From Desulfobulbus propionicus DSM 2032 (GTDB taxonomy: Bacteria; Desulfobacterota; Desulfobulbia; Desulfobulbales; Desulfobulbaceae), in assembly GCF_000186885.1 (NCBI RefSeq), contig NC_014972.1:2700001-2732000 (forward strand): a stretch of 32,000 bases of DNA, read 5' to 3'. Positions 18,912 to 27,218 of this stretch are shown here, piece by piece; position 1 is the first letter of the stretch; each line of letters starts with the position of its first letter. The translations under genes were made by a program, and so were the position numbers. The notes under the pieces are model-generated. The model did not search any database and was not told the DNA's origin. It was given only the letters and a program-made list of their open reading frames with translations.

Positions 18912-19787
18912 TCATCCTTTATACACTTGCTTGCACAGCTCGCCCAATTTCCCAAGATTTGCGCAGTGGTGAACACCGCTGGCCTTCATGGCTTCGATCT
19001 TGGCCTCAGCAGTTCCCTTGCCGCCACTGACAATAGCGCCGGCGTGGCCCATGCGACGGCCAGGAGGAGCGGTCAAGCCGGCGATGAAACCGACAACCGG
19101 TTTTTTGGTGTTGGCCTTGATCCATTCGCAGGCGTTTTCTTCCGCGTTGCCGCCGATTTCACCGATCATGACGATGGCCTTGGTGTCCGGATCCGCAGCA
19201 AAAGCCTCGAGGCAATCGAGGAAGTTGGTGCCGTTGATGGGATCGCCACCGATACCGATGCAGGTGGTCTGGCCGAAGCCAGCCTGGGTCAGTTGGTGGA
19301 CGGCCTCGTAGGTGAGCGTTCCAGAGCGGGACACGACGCCCCAGGGTCCGCCGGGTTTGTGCATCGGTCCAGGCATGATGCCGATCTTGCACTCACCGGG
19401 GGTGATGATACCGGGGCAGTTCGGTCCGATCAAACGGGTGGTTTTGGTGGCCAGATAGTTCTTGACGCGCATCATGTCGAGAACCGGTACACCTTCGGTG
19501 ATACAGACAACCAGCTCGATGCCGGCGTCGGCTGCTTCCATGATGGCGTCAGCGGCAAAAGGCGGCGGCACCAGAATCATGGAGGCGTTGCAGCCTGTTT
19601 TCTCACGGGCTTCCTTGACCGAATTGAAAATCGGGACATCGTCCATCTTCTGGCCGCCTTTGCCGGGGGTGACGCCGGCGACCACGTTGGTGCCGTAGGC
19701 AATGCAGGAGCGGGTATGGAACTGGCCTTCTTGGCCGGTGATGCCTTGTACAACTAATCGGGTATTTTTATTAACGAAAACGCTCAT
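18912..19787 (-). CDS. sucD: Succinyl-CoA synthetase alpha subunit
   Basis: 291 aa. VVQGITG...[10 protein letters not shown] and the phosphohistidine loop GHAGAI. RBS GAGGAAG. Confidence 0.95.
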   Translation of the reverse strand: MSVFVNKNTRLVVQGITGQEGQFHTRSCIAYGTNVVAGVTPGKGGQKMDDVPIFNSVKEAREKTGCNASMILVPPPFAADAIMEAADAGIELVVCITEGVPVLDMMRVKNYLATKTTRLIGPNCPGIITPGECKIGIMPGPMHKPGGPWGVVSRSGTLTYEAVHQLTQAGFGQTTCIGIGGDPINGTNFLDCLEAFAADPDTKAIVMIGEIGGNAEENACEWIKANTKKPVVGFIAGLTAPPGRRMGHAGAIVSGGKGTAEAKIEAMKASGVHHCANLGKLGELCKQVYKG

Positions 19788-19948
19788 TGTCTTCCTCTAT
19801 GGGTATAAGTTTTCTTGCCTCTGAAATCTGAGTCTTCAATATCCAGTGGTCGCGACTGACCCGTCAGAACCGATTCAGGCCCCCATTTGGGCAACCCCTG
19901 CCCGTCACAGGCATAAATCGAGCCCGGCCAATCTGAACTCATCTTTCA

Positions 19949-21106
19949 TCAGGAAACGATCTTGGCTACCTTCTCAGCTGCGTCTGCCAGATCCTTGGCA
20001 TTGATCAGGTCAAGTCCGGACTCGGCGAGGATTCTCCGACCTTCTTCCACGTTGGTGCCTTCCATGCGGACAACAACCGGTACGGAAAGTTTCAGCTTGG
20101 TGGCGGCCTGGACAACACCTTTGGCCAGAATGTCGCAACGGAGGATACCACCGAAGACGTTAATCAAAATACCCTTCACAGCCGGATCCTTCATGATCAG
20201 GCGGAAACCATTCTCAATAGCTTCAGCATTGGCACCGCCACCGACATCCAGGAAGTTGGCCGGAGAGGCACCCGCCAGTTTGACGATGTCCATGGTGGCC
20301 ATGGCCAGACCGGCGCCGTTGACGATGTTACCGACATTGCCGTCGAGGTTGATGTAGTTCAGGCCAAACTGGGCTGCTTCTGCCTCGACCGGATCTTCCT
20401 CATCGATATCGCGCATTTCCTTAACATCGGGATGACGGAACATGGCGTTGCCATCGATGTCCATCTTGGCGTCCAGGGCGAGGATGTTGCCCTCGGCGGT
20501 GATGATCAGCGGATTGATCTCGACCATGGAGCAGTCATATGCCATGAACAGTTCATAAAGATTTTTCACCAGGGCTGACATCTGCTTCTGCAGGTCTTTC
20601 TCGATCTCAAGACCGAAGCAAATTTTGCGGGCATGGAAGGGTTGAAAACCGGTGATCGGGCTGACATTGACAGTGATGATCCGCTCGGGGGTCTTGGCAG
20701 CGACTTCCTCGATGTCCATGCCGCCGTCCTGGCTGCAAACGATGGCCACGGTGGCGGTTTCACGATCGGGAATAATGGAGAGATAGAGCTCTTTCTTGAT
20801 ATTCAGCCCTTCTTCAACCAGTACCTTGCGCACCTTCTTGCCTTGGGCGCCGGTCTGTTTGGTGACCAGGGTCATGCCGATGATGGAATCGGCCACAGGT
20901 TTCACGTCGGCTTTTGTCTTGGCCAGCTTAACGCCACCACCCTTGCCACGACCGCCGGCATGCACCTGGGCCTTGACAACGACCGGATAGCCGAATTCTT
21001 CAGCGATTTTTTCCACCTCGTCGGAGGTCAGGGCGAGTTTTCCCTTAGGGGTTGGTACGTTGAATTTTCGGAATAGTTCCTTGGCCTGATACTCATGAAT
21101 TTTCAT
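19949..21106 (-). CDS. sucC: Succinyl-CoA synthetase beta subunit
   Basis: 385 aa. MKIHEYQAKELF start, ATP-grasp domain, and the NIVNGAGLAMATMD and NFLDVGGGA motifs. RBS AAAGGA. Confidence 0.95.
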   Translation of the reverse strand: MKIHEYQAKELFRKFNVPTPKGKLALTSDEVEKIAEEFGYPVVVKAQVHAGGRGKGGGVKLAKTKADVKPVADSIIGMTLVTKQTGAQGKKVRKVLVEEGLNIKKELYLSIIPDRETATVAIVCSQDGGMDIEEVAAKTPERIITVNVSPITGFQPFHARKICFGLEIEKDLQKQMSALVKNLYELFMAYDCSMVEINPLIITAEGNILALDAKMDIDGNAMFRHPDVKEMRDIDEEDPVEAEAAQFGLNYINLDGNVGNIVNGAGLAMATMDIVKLAGASPANFLDVGGGANAEAIENGFRLIMKDPAVKGILINVFGGILRCDILAKGVVQAATKLKLSVPVVVRMEGTNVEEGRRILAESGLDLINAKDLADAAEKVAKIVS

Positions 21107-21582
21107 AGACGCATCCTTTTGCGGCGGACCCCACGCCTGCGGCGCGAAATCCCCCTGTGAAGTAAAATGTTAATTCAAGTCCCTGTTCACAATGTGCAAC
21201 TGCGTGGCGCTTCAATCGTGGCACGCCCGACTTTTCGGGGACGGTCTCGACACACGGCAGAGAGAAATCCGCAAACCGGTCCTGGTGGATACCGGATTGC
21301 GCCCTAGAGCTCCCGAACGCCTGCGCTCAACTTTTCCGAAACGGCATTCCCTCCTTTAACGCCACAAAATTTTTATAAAGTGATGGCGTTCAATATCCAG
21401 CAAGATACGAGTTAATTAATGAGATGGAAAATAGTTGTTGAACGATTGCCGTTCGGAGAAAGGGAGAGGCAGGGTACCAAGGAGAGATCGCGCACAGGCG
21501 GGGCGTACGGCCCCCCTGATTCAGCATACGTCACCAACCCGCATGGTGAATTTGGGATTCTTCCGTGTGCACCGATGCCGCT

Positions 21583-21610
21583 GCCAATTCCGAAAAAACC
21601 GCTCAAACTC
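21583..21610. repeat. Copy 1 of a ~28-nt duplicated intergenic motif
   Basis: GCCAATTCCGAAAAAACCGCTCAAACTC. Compare copy 2 at 21811-21839. Confidence 0.6.
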
Positions 21611-21810
21611 TGCCCACTGCAAAAATGGCAGAACGTGAATCAAGTGATGTCCAGAGGGGATGTAGGTGAAGGGAAGACTCTTTCCAACGGATACAGTGGA
21701 GGGAGTTGTATTGGGGCAATTTCGTACCTACGGCCTAAAATCTGCCTCAGATACGCTCTAGAGACCCTGAAATACGCCCTAAAACCATTCCGACAACAAC
21801 ATTCACTACA

Positions 21811-21839
21811 GCCACTTCCGAAAAAACCACTCAAAACTC
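21811..21839. repeat. Copy 2 of the ~28-nt duplicated intergenic motif
   Basis: GCCACTTCCGAAAAAACCACTCAAAACTC, in the same orientation, 228 nt from copy 1. It differs from copy 1 by 2 substitutions and 1 indel. Confidence 0.6.
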
Positions 21840-22113
21840 AGGACTTATAACCAGACAGTTCGCCAAGAGTCAAGCGATAATTATATCAAAGATCGCGCCG
21901 GTTCCCCTTTGAAGGACTGGAACATGTTGACTACCTGCGGAAATTAGACGGTTAAAGAAAAGAGAACGAACAAGCGCCATTTTTTGTCGTGGCTAACGTG
22001 GAGGAACAACCGTTTTGCCGGAGGAGAAAAACAAGAAGAACCTGGGTGTTCTTGGGAGATGACTGCGGGCGAACCGTGTCGCGTCAGTGGGCCGCGTTTT
22101 GGGAACTTGTCGA

Positions 22114-23085
22114 TTATTTTTTGGCTTTTTTCTTTGCCTCTTTTTTCCGCTGGGAAATATTGTCGATAGCGATCTCCAAGTGGTCAATGATGATGCCAGT
22201 GAACTGCTGGATGTTCTTCAGAATATAATTACGCAGTTCGTGCAGCTCGCCGGTCAGGGTCTTGCCGAAGGGCACATCGATGAACAGATCGATGCTATAC
22301 CCGGAACGGCCCAGCTTGACCTTGATCTTGCGCACCAGAATCTCACCGTCGTACTCATCGATGCAGTGCAGGATCATCTGGGTCAGGGCCGCCTCGGAAA
22401 TGGTGACGGTTCCTCCCACGCCCTTTTCGTGATACTCGGGCTGCACCACCGATTTTTCAAAAAACCGTGACCTTTTCATTCCGTCCTTGTCCTTGCCGCC
22501 TTTGAAAAAAATGCGGATCGAATCGGACAGAATCTGGGCATAATCCCTTTTGACCTCGATCGCCGGCACCGGGATGACGTGCTTGCCCTCTTCGAAGCGG
22601 GATTTGATCGCGTTTTCAATGTCCTTCTGGCTGGCGATTTCCTCAATTTTGATGATCTGGCTGATCGGTGGCAGTTCCAGGGTTTCGGCCAGTTTGGTCA
22701 CCATCTTCTCGGAAGTGCCCAACAAAAGAATTTTCTTGACCTTTTTCTCCTGGATCATCTGTACGACGTGCTTGCGATGTTCGTCGTCGGTGAACAGCGC
22801 CGTCTTGATGGCGCTGATGTAATTCTTCTCCTGCTTGGCCGATTTGCCGGCTAAAATGGCGTTGTCGTGGATCAACAGACCGTCGTCAACGATGTAATGG
22901 ACACCGATCTTCTCGGCCAGCAATTTGGCGCGGAAACTCTTGCCAGTGCCGCTCTTGCCCACCAAGGCGTAGACATGCATGCCTTGCAGCCGGCCCTTGA
23001 TCCGGCTGTAAAATTGGTAGATCTCCTTGCCTGTCAGGTAGATCCATTGATGCTCCTTGGTGCTCTTTTCCGTGGACGTCGTCAT
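22114..23085 (-). CDS. P-loop NTPase (HprK-like P-loop signature) fused to an Asp23/Gls24-like C-terminal domain
   Basis: Walker A GKSGTGKS is followed by HYIVDDGLLI. The C-terminal ~100 aa (TISEAALTQMILHCIDEYDGEI...SIDLFIDVPFGKTLTGELHELRNYILKNIQQFTGIIIDHLEIAIDNI) has an Asp23-family pattern and ends in a Lys-rich tail. The start is placed at the ATG at 23085 (the track uses the TTG at 23091). No clear SD is present. Confidence 0.7.
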   Translation of the reverse strand: MTTSTEKSTKEHQWIYLTGKEIYQFYSRIKGRLQGMHVYALVGKSGTGKSFRAKLLAEKIGVHYIVDDGLLIHDNAILAGKSAKQEKNYISAIKTALFTDDEHRKHVVQMIQEKKVKKILLLGTSEKMVTKLAETLELPPISQIIKIEEIASQKDIENAIKSRFEEGKHVIPVPAIEVKRDYAQILSDSIRIFFKGGKDKDGMKRSRFFEKSVVQPEYHEKGVGGTVTISEAALTQMILHCIDEYDGEILVRKIKVKLGRSGYSIDLFIDVPFGKTLTGELHELRNYILKNIQQFTGIIIDHLEIAIDNISQRKKEAKKKAKK

Positions 23086-23221
23086 GCGCAATACTGAGAA
23101 GGTGGTGCCAAGCCAAAGGTGGAAATTTCGTCAACTCTAGGGAAGCACAGCGGAAAAAACAACGAAAAATGATGCCGGAACGTTTCCGCGTCAAGCGGTG
23201 TCGCTTGCCCGAAACCTTGCC

Positions 23222-25027
23222 TCACTCGATCCACCACGTGTCGAGCCACTGATCGTGGCTATAGTAAAGAGGGAGTTGTTCCGGGTGCTTGAGTTTGGCT
23301 GCGTAAGCCAGACGGTGATTGCCCAGATACCAATTCGGGATCAGATAATAACCATGCCACAATACTCTGTCCAGCGCCCGGCAGGCCATGGTCAAGGCCT
23401 CCTGGGTGTCAGCGTAGATAATGGTATCAACCAACGCATCCACCGCCGCGCTCTTGATGCCGGTAATATTGCGCGAGCCCTTGCGATCGGCCGCCGCACT
23501 GGTCCAGTAATCGCGTTGCTCGTTGCCCGGTGATTGTGATTGACCAAACGAGGTGACCGCCATGTCGAAATCAAAATTCTTGATCCGATCAGTATAGAGA
23601 GCCGGATCAATGGTCCGGTAGCTTACCTCGATTCCCATCTTCTTCAGATTGGCCGCATACGGGGCGATCACCCGTTCAAAGGCCGTATCGACCAGCAGAA
23701 TCTCGAAGCGAAACCGCTCCCCCCGTCCATTGACCAAAACCCCGTCCTTGATGGTCCAGCCGGCCTGTTCCAACAAGCCTTTGGCCTCTTGCATGTTGGC
23801 CCGCAAACTGGCCGGCGGATCAGTCGAAGGAGGCACCAGCGGCTGGCTGAAGACCTCGGGGGGCAACTGGTTGCGGAAAGGTTCCAGCAGCTTCAGCTCG
23901 TCGCCTTCGGGCAGACCGGTGGCCGCGTAGGTGGAGTTGGAAAAATAAGAGTTGTTGCGGGTATATTGGGAAAAAAACAGGGTTTTGTTGGTCCATTCAA
24001 AGTCAAAGACCAGGCCCAGCGCCCGGCGCACCAACCGGTCGTTGAACAGCGGCCTGCGGGTGTTGAAGGCAAACCCCTGGATACCGGCGTTGTTCTTGTG
24101 GGGAAAGGTCTGTTTGATCAGTTCGCCGGAATCGAAGCGGCGACCGGTCAGGTCCCGGTTCCACTGTTTGGCGATGTTGACCATCATGAAATCGAATTCA
24201 CCGGCCTTGAACGCCTCGACGCTGACCACTGGGTCCTTGAAATACTTGACCACAATGGTTTCGAAGTTGAACATCCCCTTGCGCACTCCCAGGTCCTTGG
24301 CCCAGTAGTCGGGATTCTTCTTGTAGGTGATCGATTTGCCCGGCAGCACCTCGGCTACCACATAGGGACCGGTGCCCACCGGCACGGTCATCGCGCCCTG
24401 GCCGTCATTGGGGCTGAAAGGGTGACGGCTGTAAAACCGCTTGCTCAATACCGGTAACTGGCCTGCGATCATGTGCAATTCTCGGTTGGGCCGGGCAAAG
24501 CGGAAACGGATTTTACGTGGATCAAGGACGTCCGCGCCGTCGATGTCGTGAAAATACATCTGATAGAACGGGTGGGCCTGTTCGCTTTTCAAGGTATCGA
24601 GGGAAAACTTGATATCCTCGGCGGTCACCGGCGAACCGTCGGAAAAGCGGGCGTTGGGATTGAGGGTGAAGGTGACCGATTTCCTGTCGGCTGCCAGTTC
24701 GATATCCTCGGCGATCAAGCCGTATTCGGCAAAGGGTTCATCCAAACTCGGCACGGCCAGGGTCTCAAACACATAGGGCGTCAGCCCCTGGGGCGCGGCC
24801 CCCTTGAGGGTAAAGGGATTCATCTTCTCGAAGCTGCCCAGATCGTGCAGCACCAGGGTGCCGCCGCTCTTGGCCTGGGGTGCGGTATAGTCGAACCGCG
24901 CAAACCCTTTGGGATATTTGAGCTTGCCATCGATGCTCACCCCGTGGGCGGCTTGCGCGCTCGCCGGCGGGCGGAAAAGCAACAAGCAACACAGGATGAC
25001 ACATTGTGTCAGAAGCGTGCGGATCAT
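23222..25027 (-). CDS. ABC transporter substrate-binding protein, family 5 (peptide/opine, YejA-like size)
   Basis: The signal peptide MIRTLLTQCVILCCLLLFRPPASAQA begins at the ATG at 25027; the upstream part of the track ORF is rejected. The ~600-aa mature protein has family-5 segments (DGSPVTAEDIKFS, YKKNPDYW, GYYLIPNWY). Confidence 0.85.
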   Translation of the reverse strand: MIRTLLTQCVILCCLLLFRPPASAQAAHGVSIDGKLKYPKGFARFDYTAPQAKSGGTLVLHDLGSFEKMNPFTLKGAAPQGLTPYVFETLAVPSLDEPFAEYGLIAEDIELAADRKSVTFTLNPNARFSDGSPVTAEDIKFSLDTLKSEQAHPFYQMYFHDIDGADVLDPRKIRFRFARPNRELHMIAGQLPVLSKRFYSRHPFSPNDGQGAMTVPVGTGPYVVAEVLPGKSITYKKNPDYWAKDLGVRKGMFNFETIVVKYFKDPVVSVEAFKAGEFDFMMVNIAKQWNRDLTGRRFDSGELIKQTFPHKNNAGIQGFAFNTRRPLFNDRLVRRALGLVFDFEWTNKTLFFSQYTRNNSYFSNSTYAATGLPEGDELKLLEPFRNQLPPEVFSQPLVPPSTDPPASLRANMQEAKGLLEQAGWTIKDGVLVNGRGERFRFEILLVDTAFERVIAPYAANLKKMGIEVSYRTIDPALYTDRIKNFDFDMAVTSFGQSQSPGNEQRDYWTSAAADRKGSRNITGIKSAAVDALVDTIIYADTQEALTMACRALDRVLWHGYYLIPNWYLGNHRLAYAAKLKHPEQLPLYYSHDQWLDTWWIE

Positions 25028-25291
25028 GATTTCGCTCTTTGGTGGTGGAAGAACCGGGAGAATAGCGTTGGCCACGGCCTGCGGACCATGGAAAACAAGG
25101 GCACTATACGCAATCGCTCCCATAATGTACAGTTGTTCCGTGCCCAACCGCGCCGGCTGGCCATTCCTGAAAAAAATTGACGAAGCAGGCCACCGGGTGT
25201 AATGAATCGACTTTATCATCGTACCGGAACAGTCGCGGCCTGATTGCCCGACATTCCCTCCTTTTTGTTTTTACCACGCTGGAGTTGCTCA

Positions 25292-26578
25292 ATGGGACAG
25301 ACCATCACTGAAAAAATCTTTGCCGCCCACCTGCGGGATACCCCGACACCGGGCAACATGGTGCTCGACATCGATGTCATCATGTGCCACGAAATCACCA
25401 CCCCCATCGCCATCATGGATCTGATGGAAAAGGGGATGGATCGGGTCTGCGATCCCTCCCGGATCAAGGCGGTGATCGACCACGTCACCCCACCCAAGGA
25501 CTCCAAGACCGCCACCCAGGCCAAGATCATGCGCGACTGGGCCCGACGGCACAACATCAAGGATTTCTTCGACATCGGCCGCAACGGCGTCTGCCATGCC
25601 CTCTTCCCGGAGAAGGGCTTCATCCGCCCCGGCAACACGGTGATCATGGGCGACTCGCACACCTGCACCCATGGGGCCTTCGGTGCCTTTGCCGCCGGCG
25701 TCGGCACCACCGACCTGGAAGTGGGCATCCTCAAGGGAGTCTGCGCCTTCCGCGCCCCCAAGTCGCTCAAGATCGAGGTGATCGGCACCCTACCCAAGGG
25801 CGTGGTGGCCAAGGACATCATCCTCAATATCATCAAGCAACTGACCGTGAACGGCGGCACCGACATGGTGATCGAGTTCTGTGGGCCGGTGATCGATGCC
25901 ATGAGCATGGCCTCGCGCATGACCCTGTGCAACATGGCGGTCGAGGCCGGGGCCACCTCCGGCGTCTGTCAGCCCGACCTGGTCACCGCCCAATACCTGT
26001 GGCCGTTCATTCAAGATGAATATGCCAGCCCCGAGGCGGCGGCGCAGGACTTTGCCAAGTGGCGTTCCGATGCCGATGCCGTCTATGAGCGGGTTCTGAC
26101 GGTTGACGTCTCCACCTTGGCACCGCAGGTCACCTACGGCTTCAAGCCGGATCTGGTCAAGGATGTGACCGAAATGGAAGGGACCAAGATCGATCAGGTC
26201 TACATCGGTTCCTGCACCAACGGCCGCATCGAGGATATCCGCGAGGCCGCCGCGATCATCAAGGGCAAGACCATCGCCGACAGCGTGCGCGGCATCCTGG
26301 TGCCGGCCACCCCGGCCATTTACTCCCAGGCCCTGGAGGAAGGGTTGATCAAGATTTTCATGGACAGCGGCTTCTGCGTGCTCAACCCCACCTGCGGCGC
26401 CTGTCTGGGCATGAGCAGCGGCGTTCTGGCCGATGGCGAGGTCTGTGCCTCGACCACCAACCGCAACTTCAACGGCCGCATGGGCAAGGGCGGCACGGTC
26501 CATCTGATGAGCCCGGCTAGCGCTGCCGCCGCTGCGGTCACCGGCACGATCACCGATCCCCGCCGTTTTTTGCATTGA
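25292..26578 (+). CDS. leuC: Aconitase-family dehydratase large subunit (3-isopropylmalate / citramalate / homoaconitase type, short ~428-aa form)
   Basis: MGQTITEKIFAAH start with GGAG 7 nt upstream. Fe-S ligand motifs IGSCTNGR and NPTCGACLGM, and TTNRNFNGRMG. The exact substrate is not decidable from the sequence. Confidence 0.88.
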   Translation: MGQTITEKIFAAHLRDTPTPGNMVLDIDVIMCHEITTPIAIMDLMEKGMDRVCDPSRIKAVIDHVTPPKDSKTATQAKIMRDWARRHNIKDFFDIGRNGVCHALFPEKGFIRPGNTVIMGDSHTCTHGAFGAFAAGVGTTDLEVGILKGVCAFRAPKSLKIEVIGTLPKGVVAKDIILNIIKQLTVNGGTDMVIEFCGPVIDAMSMASRMTLCNMAVEAGATSGVCQPDLVTAQYLWPFIQDEYASPEAAAQDFAKWRSDADAVYERVLTVDVSTLAPQVTYGFKPDLVKDVTEMEGTKIDQVYIGSCTNGRIEDIREAAAIIKGKTIADSVRGILVPATPAIYSQALEEGLIKIFMDSGFCVLNPTCGACLGMSSGVLADGEVCASTTNRNFNGRMGKGGTVHLMSPASAAAAAVTGTITDPRRFLH

Positions 26579-26607
26579 GACTGACTGAACCCGAACAAGG
26601 AATCCCT

Positions 26608-27135
26608 ATGAAACAGTTTGGCGGCCCCGCGGCCTTTATCGATAGAAGCGACATTAACACCGACGAAATCATCCCGGCCAAGTATCTGACCGAAATCACC
26701 AAAAAAGCCTTGGCTCCGCACCTACTGGAAGACCTCTACCTGGAAGGCCAGAAATTTGACCCGCATTCCCCGGAGATGCAGGAGGCGCGGGTGCTGATCA
26801 CCCGTTCCAACTTCGGTTGCGGTTCCTCCCGCGAGCATGCGGTCTGGGCCCTGGAGGTCAACGACATCAACGTGGTCATCGGCGAGAGCTTTGCCCGGAT
26901 CTTCCGTCAGAACATGTTCAACTGCGGCATCCTGGCGGTGGAACTGAGCAAGGACGATCTGGACCGCTTGTTTGCCCTCAAGGGCAAGGTGACGGTGGCG
27001 GTGGATCTGGAAGGGGAAAAACTGACCGCCACCAGTGGCGATGCCAAGGTTGAATGCGCTTTCAGCCTGAATCCGTTTGACAAGAAGCTGATCGGCGCCG
27101 GGGGGTGGCTGGCGTTCGCGGATGCGAATTATTGA
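26608..27135 (+). CDS. leuD: Aconitase-family dehydratase small subunit (LeuD-like)
   Basis: MKQFGGPAAFIDRSDINTDEIIPAKYL start with AAGGA upstream, and the signature NFGCGSSREHAVWAL. The track ORF start at 26575 is rejected. Confidence 0.88.
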   Translation: MKQFGGPAAFIDRSDINTDEIIPAKYLTEITKKALAPHLLEDLYLEGQKFDPHSPEMQEARVLITRSNFGCGSSREHAVWALEVNDINVVIGESFARIFRQNMFNCGILAVELSKDDLDRLFALKGKVTVAVDLEGEKLTATSGDAKVECAFSLNPFDKKLIGAGGWLAFADANY

Positions 27136-27154
27136 GGTTTGATGATTTGTTGAT

Positions 27155-27182
27155 GGTGGGCACAACTGCGTGCCCACCCTAC
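27155..27182 (-). repeat. REP-like palindromic element A
   Basis: GGTGGGCAC-aactgc-GTGCCCACC-CTAC. Read on the - strand it is GTAG-GGTGGGCAC-gcagtt-GTGCCCACC. It lies 20 nt after the leuD stop, so it may also terminate leuD. Confidence 0.8.
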
Positions 27183-27218
27183 CCGGCTCACCCAACGTGC
27201 TTTTCGCAGAAAACTGTA

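Noticed and set aside
21412-21834. Two 64-aa - strand ORFs that both begin (TTG) SGFFG, which at first suggested paralogous small peptides or RiPP precursors (the second has SGCSECCC)
   Set aside because: Both need TTG starts with no SD. Their similarity covers only the first 6-7 codons and continues upstream of the start, so the conserved unit is a ~28-nt nucleotide motif (reported as a finding). The downstream sequences are unrelated.
23091-23110. Perfect TGGCAC (- strand) just upstream of the P-loop/Asp23 gene, a possible sigma-54 -24 box
   Set aside because: The sequence at the -12 position is TCTCA rather than TTGC(A/T), so it is not a credible sigma-54 promoter.
24364-24382. GGTGCCCACCGGCAC inside the SBP gene, resembling the REP arm GTGCCCACC
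   Set aside because: There is no GTAG/CTAC foot and no matching hairpin partner at REP spacing. It lies in coding sequence (encoding PVGTGP on the other strand), so it is probably coincidental.
23540-25180. Two long + strand ORFs (305 and 235 aa) opposite the SBP gene
   Set aside because: They are antisense to a gene with a clear signal peptide and family-5 SBP motifs. They have no motifs of their own.
25216-26575. ORFs at 25216-25956 (-), 25790-26575 (-) and 25384-26019 (+)
   Set aside because: They overlap the leuC-like gene, whose frame carries the Fe-S ligand motifs. Their products are low-complexity and Arg/Gly/His-rich.
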